A stretch of 62,292 bases of DNA, counting the filler. It is 13 parts of 13 records of this genome, joined end to end, with 100 filler letters (N's around TTAATTAATTAA, not from the genome) between each part and the next. Parts side by side here need not be neighbours in the genome. Positions count along the whole stretch, not along the records: positions 1 to 3,247 come from SRR15195285_2948; positions 3,348 to 6,354 come from SRR15195285_2952; positions 6,455 to 9,749 come from SRR15195285_2953; positions 9,850 to 13,166 come from SRR15195285_2954; 9 more parts are not named here. One strand, 5' to 3'. The translations under genes and the position numbers were made by a program. This document shows positions 1 to 9,850 of this stretch, one piece after another. How positions within the stretch are numbered: the stretch's first letter is position 1; each line of letters begins with the position of its first letter. The notes beneath the pieces are model-generated. The model did not search any database. It had not been told where the DNA came from and saw only the letters and a list, made by a program, of their open reading frames with translations.

Positions 1-359
1 CGGGGTGGTAGCTTCTACTGTATCTGCTACTAGATCTACCGGTAGTAGGAATTCCTAGTAAATCATAGGAATTCCTACTAGATTGTGTACACATTTGGTT
101 TCTGTTCTTTTCAATTTTGGTGCAGTCTGTCGGACGTGTGAGAGCTGATCAAGACTGAGAAATCAGTCCGCAGTCGGAACCTGGGAACCAGTCGGCTGGA
201 ATCAGGAATAGACACGTGGATGCGCCGCGCCACCGGCCGGTTGACCGCGCGCGGGGGCCGCGACGATCGTGCTGCGGTGTTGCGTGCGTGGGCTGCTCAC
301 TGCGTGTTTGTTTATACAGTATCCCCTCTCTCCGCTATACAACCGGCCACAGGAACCAG

Positions 360-842
360 ATGAACCGCCTTAACCAGACGAGCAGCCACGTCGTGTGCGC
401 GCCGTGCGTGCCGAGCGCGGCCGCTGGGGAGAGCGTCGTCTCCGGAGAGTGCAACTGCGGTGCGGTGACGTACAGCGTGAGCGGAGACCCGATGAACGTG
501 CTCATCTGCCACTGCCAAGACTGTCGCGAAGCGCACGGCTCGCCCATGAGCACTGTATTTGTCTGCAAGGCTGATCAGCTCAAGATCGACGGCCCCATCG
601 GCGAGTACGATCGCCGCGGTCAAAACAAGAGGACGTTCTGCACGAAATGTGGCACTCCCATGGCCTCCAACCTGTACAAGGCGGGGCTGTACGCATTCTT
701 CGTGCCGTCCATCCGCTCCGGGGATGTCGGCCCTCCAAAAGTGCACATCTATCTCGACGAGAAGGCACCCGAGGTGACGCTCTCAGACGATCTGCCGAAG
801 TTCTCGAAGGGCCCAGGCAGCGACCCATGGACCGGCGCGTGA
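360..842 (+). CDS. GFA/CENP-V (Mss4-like) zinc-binding protein
   Basis: Motifs GxCxCGAV, CHCxxCR and RxFCxxCGT are typical of the GFA family. First ATG is at 360; the tracked ORF from 216 uses a non-ATG start. Confidence 0.85.
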   Translation: MNRLNQTSSHVVCAPCVPSAAAGESVVSGECNCGAVTYSVSGDPMNVLICHCQDCREAHGSPMSTVFVCKADQLKIDGPIGEYDRRGQNKRTFCTKCGTPMASNLYKAGLYAFFVPSIRSGDVGPPKVHIYLDEKAPEVTLSDDLPKFSKGPGSDPWTGA

Positions 843-979
843 GGGCCAATCATGCAACGGACAGCAGGCTACAGATCCAAGAGGCTTTTCCTGATCAATT
901 GATCTCTGCCGCAGACTGGGTCGGGTACAGGAAGAATCGACTCTTGTTCAGCACAACCATCCAGCCCCCGCCTCACTAC

Positions 980-2620
980 CTACCCGAAGAGTAGACGTGT
1001 GACAGACCACCCCTCTTCCTCTTCCTCGTCCACTTGCTCAGCTTGCCTGGCTCTGGCCGTGCATGTTGCTGGCCGTGGGCTGGCACTCGGCGATGCGCTG
1101 CCATCGTTGCCACGCTCTCCAGGTGGCGTCGGCAACGATCTGAAATCCAGCGCTGTGGAGCTAGCCTTGACTGGTATCGGCTCCAGCTGTGTTTTCTCCG
1201 ATGGTCCAAGACCAGGTGCAGCGCTTGTCTCCAGCACCCAACCATATAGCTCGGTCGAGTAGCGCCCAGTCCCTGCGGTTGCGCAATAAGATTGGCATGG
1301 TGGTAGATCAGAACGCACGAGACGCAGCTCCGCAGCATGTCGCGTCAGCGGTAGAATGCCTGAGCGCACCAATGGCTGCGCCTCTGCCACCGCATACTAA
1401 AGCCATCGGCCGGTACCAGCTGCTGCAAACAGCAGGTAACCGGACAGCACGATGCCAATTGTCTATCTAACCGCCACGGTGGCAGTTTCGACAGGGGTCG
1501 AAGTCTCCCACTCCGACTCCTGACTGGCACAGCTCGCTCCACTCCACATCCTGTGATGCAGAATGAACATCCAGTCACGGCGAGAGCTGGTCAGCAGTAG
1601 ATGTAGCTATAATGGCGACAGCACAGTCACCATCTACGACAAACGATTGCCAAGCCTTTTGGTCAAGTATACAGGTGAGCAACACGCACAGACTGGCCCA
1701 GAAGTGGTGGCGCGCCTTCTCGTGGTAGCGTCAGCAACAGCAGATCACCGAACCCACGCGTCCCATCACCTCCGCCGAAGATGAGCAACGTCCGGTCGTC
1801 ATCCTTCACACCTGTCGTACCACAGCCAGCTGGCGCCGCACACATCGCGTGCCCAACGCGAGCACATGGAGCTTTGCCAGCTGCCATCACATCACGTGCA
1901 CCGAAACAAGACGACGATATCAGTACCACCAGCGCTGCCGTCGCCTGCGCGTCGCGGCAGGGCCGTGGCCGTGTGGCCAGCACGTGCCGGTGGCTCGGCA
2001 ATTTCGCCATCCGCGGCTTCAGAGCGGGCGACGCCCCAACACTGCCGATCCAAATCGTATCTGCCAGCCAACATCCAGGTCGAGTGTGAGAACCACCCCC
2101 GTGGGAATCTTCGGTTTTAGGTCTACCATAGTTAGGTAGACCTAACACTGTTTGGGCTTCCACTCACGCCCAGCCATGAATGAGCTTGTGGTTGACCCCG
2201 TGAGTTCCACGCCCCCCCATGAGCAGACGCCGCCCGACCAGCGTGGTAGTGTGGTGGCAGCGTGGTGGCGGGCGAGGGCCATCGGAGCTAGCAGCCAGCA
2301 CACGCAACATCTCCACACCACTGGAGACCACGTCGGCGGCAGTGGCTACCGGGCAGACGCGCCGACGCCCTGACTCTGAGACGCCACCTGCACTGACGCT
2401 ACCGCTTGTGTCGCTGCCGCCACTACTGGCGGTTGAGTCGGGGCCGCTGGGCACATCTCCGTCGGCTCCGTCACCTCCGGCTACGCAAGTTGCACACCGA
2501 CGCAGGGAGCAATCAAGTCAGCAGCGGCGACCGTCGGGCGTGCGCTCCAACGGCGGCGTTCGACAACTTCGATCCAGCGGCAGCGCGGCGGCGGCCACCG
2601 ACCGCGCGAGCGAGGACCAT
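980..2620 (-). CDS. Kelch-repeat protein, multi-exon (boundaries approximate)
   Basis: Kelch-like segments PPPRCHHTTTLVGRRLLMGGRG (2164-2454 ORF) and APCARVGHAMCAA..LLIFGGGDGTRGFGDLL (1663-2163 ORF). GTGAGT donor near 2166; acidic C-terminal exon ends at 980. Confidence 0.6.
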
Positions 2621-2635
2621 TCAAACGCAATCAGA

Positions 2636-3247
2636 CAGTGCCCAGGTTGACCCCTTGGAAGAAGAATCGTGCCAACTTGCCAAGTTGAGATCTATGGTCG
2701 CCATGATTGGAATTGGGCCGTTTCGCCACGCACACCCTCGGCCACCACAGACGCGCCTCTTGGGGCATGGGGCACCCATGGAGGCCACCAAACCCCACTC
2801 GCGCCAAGACCCGGAAGGTTGGCCACGTTGGAATTTTGAAGCATTGGTGGCACTATGGTAATAGTATGCGATGTGTACGACCTATATGCACTGTGTTGAC
2901 CCTTCTAGCCCACGTATCATCCGTGACTGGGAACGCCTGGATCAGCTGACCTTGACTGCCGGGGCCAGACCTCGGCGGGTGAGTGGTTGCACGCAGTTCT
3001 CTCTGCAAGGAGTGGTTCGTGGCCAAACGCTATGTGGCACACAGTGTGGCAATCATTATGCCTGCGCCTCGACTTTCGCAACGACTGCATTGAGGCACGC
3101 TGTCACTTGCCGCAAGGTCTTCCTGTCTTGCTTCTTCGCCTCTGCTGCCTTGCGGCGGGCCTTCTCACGGACACTCTTGCGTGCGGTCGGCCCATTCAGA
3201 AGTTGCTTGAAATGCGCTAGTATTGATCAATACAATGTGTTTTTGGC
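2636..3247. mobile_element. Probable end of a DNA transposon (14-bp TIR CAGTGCCCAGGTTG), running into the contig break
   Basis: CAGTGCCCAGGTTG at 2636-2649 is the exact reverse complement of CAACCTGGGCACTG at 3352-3365. Inside it is a minus-strand basic C-terminal coding piece (3056-3216, HFKQLLNGP..VEAQA*). Confidence 0.45.
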
Positions 3248-3347
3248 NNNNNNNNNNNNNNNNNNNNNNNNNNNNNNNNNNNNNNNNNNNNTTAATTAAT
3301 TAANNNNNNNNNNNNNNNNNNNNNNNNNNNNNNNNNNNNNNNNNNNN
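3248..3347. other. Artificial contig spacer
   Basis: N44-TTAATTAATTAA-N44. Confidence 0.99.
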
Positions 3348-3351
3348 CGCA

Positions 3352-3365
3352 CAACCTGGGCACTG
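3352..3365. repeat. Inverted copy of the 14-bp putative TIR at a contig start
   Basis: CAACCTGGGCACTG is the reverse complement of 2636-2649. Confidence 0.55.
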
Positions 3366-3612
3366 ATGCAGTCTCATTCGATCGACTCATTCGACTCATC
3401 GACACCGCGCTGATGGCCGGCGCGCCGCGCTAGCGCTAGCGCCGGCACACGCATGCACGCGTCGACGCGCGCGCGGTTGCTGCATGCATGGTAAACACGC
3501 ACGCCGCGGTACGCACCCTCGCTATACTACTACTGTATAGAGGGTGTTGACGGTAGGTCGCGGTGCAGTGCAGCGTGTGTCGCGTGTGAGGAAGGGAAAG
3601 TCGGTGCTGCGG

Positions 3613-4710
3613 ATGATACGCGTGAGCTTGGCGCCGCTAGCGCTCGTCGCGTTGGCGCTCGCTCAGGTGCCTGAAGAGTTCGAGTTCACGATGCCCGACG
3701 GCGACGTGCGCACGTACCTGCTCTGGGTGCCGGAGGACTTTGACCCAAATGTTGGCGCTCCTGCCGTGTTCAACTTTCACGGCGCGGGCTCTAACCCAAT
3801 GCAGCAATACCTCTACGCCAACCTGACGCCCCTGGCTGCGCGCGACGGCGTGATCCTTGTCCAGCCCAACAGCCGCTCAAGTGAGAGGCCGACCAAGAGC
3901 GCGTGGCACGGCACACTGTACCTGCCGGAGGACAGCGCTGACGTCGATTTTATCCTCGCACTCGTACGCTATATCGAGGAGGAGTATACGGCGACGTCGT
4001 TCTTTGCGCTTGGTATGAGCTCTGGCGGTGATATCTCCTGCGCCATGGCGTGCCAGCCGGATTCTCCATTCTCAGGCTTTGGCGCAGTTACCTACGCATA
4101 CTACTGGGGTGCCGATCCACGGTCAGGTGGTGGTCTCCCGTATACCGGCGGTGGCATTGGCTTCGAGCTGGACACGCCCCCACCATCTCTAGTTACCGGC
4201 GTACCGACCATCGAAGATTGCGCACACGCCCAGGGGCGTCGTTTGATATATTTCCACGGCACTGATGACAATGTGTGCCCCTACGACGGAACGGGCCCAT
4301 GCTGGTACGACCCGCCGCGTGAGGAGACTGCACGCCGCTGGGCGAGGCACAATCACTGTCAGAGTCCAGGTGCGTAGCGAGCAGAGAGTGCGCGGTCCGC
4401 TTCGATCGTATTCGTGTTGTTTCATGCGTCGCGCGCTATCAACTGTCTTGCCGTTTGCCACGCAGAGGAGCCGACAATCGAGCAGCTCACGGAACTGACC
4501 CAGCGCTGGACCTGGTCCGGCTGCAGCGCGCCGACAGAATACTACAAGATTGAGGATTTCGGGCACGTTTGGCCTGGCTCTTTTGGGGAGTCCCGGTCAG
4601 GCATCGTAGCTTCTGAGATCATGTGGAATTTCTTTGGGCTAAGCGAAAATTCAGGTCGGTTGGCGAACGCCAATAGTACAGCAACAGCACGGACGCCTGC
4701 GCTACTGTGA
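3613..4710 (+). CDS. Secreted alpha/beta-hydrolase, LpqC/PHB-depolymerase or feruloyl-esterase-like; intron 4370-4465
   Basis: Signal peptide MIRVSLAPLALVALALA; motifs RTYLLWVP, FHGAG, DVDFI, nucleophile GMSSGG, FHGTDD and GHVWPG. Removing the GTGCGT..CAG intron joins the two ORFs in frame (QSPEEP). Confidence 0.85.
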
Positions 4711-5077
4711 AGCCGTTAGCCGCCGTAGATGGTGTGCGCTAGCAAAAGTACGTGGTATGCTCAACTAACAAAAGTTGACTAGCTGCGCGTACAAGACGAA
4801 GGGCATGCTTCACCGAATTCCATCTCAGTGAGGAGGTATGCGAACGCCTAGATGACTCCCAGCCGAGATCTAGTCCTCTCACTTCCAGGTTATGGGCGTG
4901 CTCGTAGGCAGCCACGGATGCCAGCGGACATTGTTTTTGGTAACAATCATGGTAGCGGTAGCACTTGCTATTCATTGCCTGCAGTGTTAACACACCCTTG
5001 GTCCAACCACCCCGCAGCAAGCACTGCAAACAATTTGCCACACGGAGTGGAGATTATACCTGCAACCAAGTCACAAA

Positions 5078-6354
5078 TCAGATCATCTTCTCCCGACCTG
5101 CCATCGCAGTGTCCATGATTTTGCATTCCGCCACCATTGTCGCTATCGTTTGCCTACTGATGCGCTGTGGCAGTGGGTCACTTGCTAGCAGCGTGGAATC
5201 CACCTGCGGACCAAGCACAGAGCCATCCGCTGCGCCAACCTTGCCCGTCGCTACGATCGCATCGTAGGCTGCGTAGATAGCAGCGGCGAAGCGTTGGAAG
5301 AGCATGTCGTCACGCATGAGCTGCTCTCGCATGGTGTATGGGATTTCAAGCTGGATCGCAGCGATGCCCTCCGCGACCGCCTGATGGGACATCGTCATAA
5401 CTGTATCGGATCCCCAATATCCATGAAGCCGTGGGTCGACCTCGACTCCGAAACTAAATCGCCCGACGCTTCCTTTCTTCTTCGAGCGGAATTGGGCCGT
5501 GCCCGCAAACGCTTCGTGAAAAGCCTCCTCCATGTGCTCCTTCAGCATCTCGAAGCCCTCCTCTTGCCAATGCTCTTCCATCGGGCCCATCCCTACATCC
5601 AAATCGAGATTTTTCTTGCGATCCATTTTGCCGTGCACGTCAATGTGAAAACATGGAAGCCCGCTGTAGTCGCGCTGCTTGAAGCGCAGCAGCCCACGGT
5701 GAAAAGGAGAGTCGGGCTGCTGCTCTGCGGTGAGATAATTTGGATCGAGGTTGAAATTGTCCTTTTTCTTCGCAGTTTTGTGATTCCAAACAATAAATGA
5801 GGCGCAATCCTGAGTAGGTGCCGCGGCGGCAAGCTTCAGTGCAATCTCAGTCGACCATCTCTCTCTGAGGTGAAGCCGGCGCCGCTCTCCGTCCTCGCTG
5901 CCACGATAGACCTGCAGGCCGTGTGGTGCCGTAATGAGAATTGGCGACCCAGCACACTCGATGTAGGGTAGACCTTTCACTGAGTAACCATCAGCCATTG
6001 TGGGTGGTAATGCGCTTAGTGGCTGCATCTTCTGCCGAGCCTTGTCTTGCATTTGCAGCTGCGGGTGCATGACGGTACGGTTTGGCGTGGCTGCAGAAGT
6101 GCTGCTGCGCTGTCGCTGTAGCACAGCCTGGGCTGCAGCTGTGCCAAGCTTGCCACTCCTTGTGCGCACTAAAGGCTGTGGTTCTGGCTCCGGCTCCGGC
6201 TCGGACTTGGGGTCAGCCGACTGTGCATCATCATCACCACAGCAGGAGCATGCGCTTCCCTGCCGAGCGAGCGCGAAAGCACCCACGCCGACACCCCGAC
6301 CTGACGCTGTGCGTCTAATGTTGCCCTGCTCCGGCTCTGGCTCCGGCTCCGGCT
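5078..6354 (-). CDS. Zn-dependent amidohydrolase of N-formylglutamate amidohydrolase / poly-gamma-glutamate hydrolase type; 5' end probably off-contig
   Basis: Motifs ITAPHG, ERWSTEIA, DPNY, IDVHGK and IQLEIP. Low-complexity N-terminus with EPEPEP tracts reaching the contig end. Confidence 0.65.
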
Positions 6355-6454
6355 NNNNNNNNNNNNNNNNNNNNNNNNNNNNNNNNNNNNNNNNNNNNTT
6401 AATTAATTAANNNNNNNNNNNNNNNNNNNNNNNNNNNNNNNNNNNNNNNNNNNN
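6355..6454. other. Artificial contig spacer
   Basis: N44-TTAATTAATTAA-N44. Confidence 0.99.
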
Positions 6455-6649
6455 AAATGAAATTGTCATTGTCATTGTCAATTTCAGTACGTCCCTAGGG
6501 TGATCTTCGGAAAAATGCAGGCAGGGCCGGTGTCCGCGGTGTGGCAGCAGGGGTGGTGTTCGACCGCGTTCGTGACGACAGGGCGGGCCGACGGTGGAGA
6601 TTTTTGCACAATCGCGATCGATGGTAGAGGCACTGCACTGCTGAACACG

Positions 6650-7020
6650 GTCGAGAGGGCTGAGAGGGAGGGCTGAGCAAGAGCAGGCCAGGAGGGCGCT
6701 GGGAGGCACAGACAGCGTCATGAGCTGCTGATCGAGAGGGCAGAGCAGGCCAGGAGGGCGCTGGGAGACACAGACAGCGTCATAAGCTGCTGGCTGGTCG
6801 AGAGGGCTGAGCAGGCCAGGAGGGCGCCCTCCATGGAAGGCACACGCATCGCGTCATAAGCTGCTGATCGAGAGGGCTGAGCAGGCCAGGAGGGCGCGCT
6901 GGAAGGCACACGCAGCGTCATAAGAGCAGGCCAGGAGGGCGTTGGAAGGCGACCGACGTGCAGGGCTGGTCAAGAGCAGGCCAGGAGGGCGCTGGAAGGG
7001 TGGAAGGCGACCGACGTCGA
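6650..7020. repeat. Degenerate minisatellite, 6 units of about 45-70 bp with core GAGCAGGCCAGGAGGGCG
   Basis: Core at about 6681, 6743, 6809, 6879, 6924 and 6973. Intervening segments are related to each other (GGCACA..GCGTCATAAGCTGCTG; GGAAGGCGACCGACGT). Confidence 0.85.
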
Positions 7021-7538
7021 AGTGTTGGCGTGTGCCAGAGACCCAGGTTGGTCGTCAAAGAGCAGGACGGGGACGGTCGAGCTTCGTCCCGACAAACACC
7101 CAGCTAGACGCCGTTCAGCTGCTCGCTGCGCCCATCGAAGAGTGCTGGCCGTCTATATCTACAGAAGTGTACACGTATATAGCGCTGCAGGGAGGGCCTC
7201 CTGAGCAGTTGCCGATTGCTTGGGATGGCACTGTGCTGAACTCACGGCGCTGCTGCCACTCTGCCGCCCGCCAAGGGGGGAGAGCGCAATAGCCGCTCGC
7301 TGCGCGCTAGTGCTGGTGCATATAGCGCTGCAGGGGCGCCTCGTGTGTACACGCGGCGCTGTGGAGTGCAGTGTGCGGTGTGCAGTATGTGGGGCCGAGT
7401 CGGATAGAGCGCGATAGTCGCTCGGCGCTGCTTCTGCTCGCTGCAGGCGCCGCGGGAGGCGCAGTGAGCGCGGAGCGCGCTGGTTTGACACCGGCACCGG
7501 CCAGCCCCCTTCGGGTGTCTGCAACCTGAGCGGCAGTG

Positions 7539-9749
7539 ATGGGGATTCAGGGGCTGCTGCCGATCCTGCGGCCGGTGATCGAGGACGCCCATGTGCGCGA
7601 GTTCAAGGGCAAGAAGCTTGGGATCGATACTTTCGCCTGGCTCCACAAAGCCGCGTTCACGTGCGCGTACGAGCTGGGAATGAAGATGAAGACGGACAAG
7701 TACATCACTTTCATCATGCAGCGCATCCACATGATGCGATCCCATGGCGTTGAGCCATTGATGGTGTTCGACGGCTGCGCGATGCCGGCCAAGAAGGTCA
7801 CAAACGACGAGCGAGGCCGTCTGCGCGCGCGGCACCATGCTCGGGGCATGGCGCACGCGCAGGACGGTAACCGATCCGCCGCGACAGACTGCTTCCAGGC
7901 TGCGATCCGGATCACGCCTGAGATGACGCGCAACCTGCAGAAGAAGCTGCACGAGGCAGATGTGGAGTTCATCGTCGCACCGTACGAAGCTGACGTGCAG
8001 CTGGCATACCTGAGCATCAACGGTCACGTCGATGCGGTCGTGACCGAAGACAGCGACCTCGTTGTGTACGGCGCGAAGCGCATCTTCCTCAAGATGGACA
8101 AGCACGGCGCGGGCCAGCTGTTCTGCCAGAGCAGCCTGGGCTCGGTAGAGTCGCCGAACATCAGCAGCTTCACCAATGCCATGTTCGTGCACATGTGCAT
8201 CCTGGCAGGCTGTGACATGCTACCCTCGATGCCGGGGATGGGGATTAGGACGGCTGCGCAGATGCTGCGGGACTACAAATCGATGGATCGAGTTTTCGCC
8301 GCCATCCGCAGCCGCACAACAGCGCAACGCATGCCAGAAGAATACGAGGAAACATTCTGGAAATGCGTGCTGACATTCAAGCATGGGCGTGCGTACGATC
8401 CTGATACGCAGAAGCTCTGCTATCTGACGCCGCCGCCCCAGAATTGGGACGTTGACGTTGAGTATGGCAACGATGCGGAAAAAGTCAACGATTACCTTGG
8501 ACCTCCTATGAGCTCCGAGACAGCGCGTGGCATTGCGACTGGCGTGCTGAATCCGCGGACTCTCGAGCCGCACAGCCCGCCGTCGAATTCCTCTGACGCC
8601 GCCAAAGCGCCGTTCCGCGCGAAGCGCAAGAAGCCAGCGGCAGTGCAGGTGGAGCGCATGAACCGCCATATAACCTCGTACCTGCGGAAAGACAAGCGGC
8701 CGAGCGAACCGCAGCCGAAGCCTGCGGAATCTCAACGACATGCACGAGGCTCGGCACCGATTACACCTGCCTGCTCGCCAGAGGCCGGAAACACGAATGC
8801 TGCAAGCAAAAGCAGCAGGCCAGTGCCCCAGCTAGGTCGTACCGCGAATCCGTTTGTTGACACTGCGCCGCCGGTGTGCACTGCGCCAGCTGGTGCTCGC
8901 AGCAAGGCGACATCATCAACCAGCCGTTTCTTTGCGTCGAAAGAAAAGCCTGCACCCGCTGTTGCCACGGCTGTCACTGGCAGTCACCCGTCGCTATCGT
9001 CGGGTATCGTCTTGGTGCCCGAATCACCCCTCAAATCTGAGACCAACCACCGAGGACAGCGGCACGATGTGGACGAGAAAGGTGCCGCAGAAACAGCCAC
9101 AGAATGCAGCAGCGACAGTGAAATCTGCGTCGGCAATGCCTTTGCCGGATTCCGACACGTGGAAGCAAACGACACGGTAGACAACAGTCGGCTTCCCGTG
9201 CGGGTGAGAAAGCGACCCCGAATGCGCACCGAGAAGACTGTTGGCAACGGAAGCAGCTTCGTCTACAAGACAAGCGAAGAGCGCCGAGCAGCAGCTTTGG
9301 AGAAGTGGGGGTACAACCCCGTTTCTGACGCGAAAACAGAATGTGAGCCTGGCGTCTTGGTATCTAACGTCACCTGTGGCGCACCGGCAAAGCAGCAGGC
9401 AGAGAAGCCAACATCCTTTTCTTCCATCGAAGCCTTTCGTTTCTCTGGTGGGACCGAGTATCCGCTCGAAGCAAGCCGAAGCGCACACAGCTCCCGCACA
9501 GAGTTCCCGCTGGAAGCCAGTCGGCGCGCAATGTTATCTGTCAGCCACGAGGAGGTCGACGACATTGAGGATCTTCAGAACTTTGCACATCGGCCGCAGC
9601 CAGAGCCGCTACAGAATCTGCCTGCGACAAAGCGGGGAGGCTTCCTGTTAAGCAGCAGCAATGGCGGCGGCGGCAGCTCGGCGCAGCATCGTCGTCCATG
9701 GCCGGGCGCTGGCATCGATGATGACGACGACGACGACGACGACGACGAC
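7539..9749 (+). CDS. EXO1: Exonuclease 1 (XPG/FEN1 family), 3' end truncated at contig break
   Basis: MGIQGLLP..GIDTFAWLHK, VFDG, APYEADVQLAYL, TEDSDL, H3TH motif ILAGCDMLPSMPGMGIRTA. Disordered tail has a MIP-box-like TSRFF and ends in (GAC)n poly-Asp. Confidence 0.93.
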
Positions 9750-9849
9750 NNNNNNNNNNNNNNNNNNNNNNNNNNNNNNNNNNNNNNNNNNNNTTAATTA
9801 ATTAANNNNNNNNNNNNNNNNNNNNNNNNNNNNNNNNNNNNNNNNNNNN
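9750..9849. other. Artificial contig spacer
   Basis: N44-TTAATTAATTAA-N44. Confidence 0.99.
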
Positions 9850-9850
9850 G

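Noticed and set aside
6650-7020. CRISPR-like array
   Set aside because: The intervening segments are homologous to each other and variable in length, there are no cas genes, and the context is eukaryotic. It is a minisatellite.
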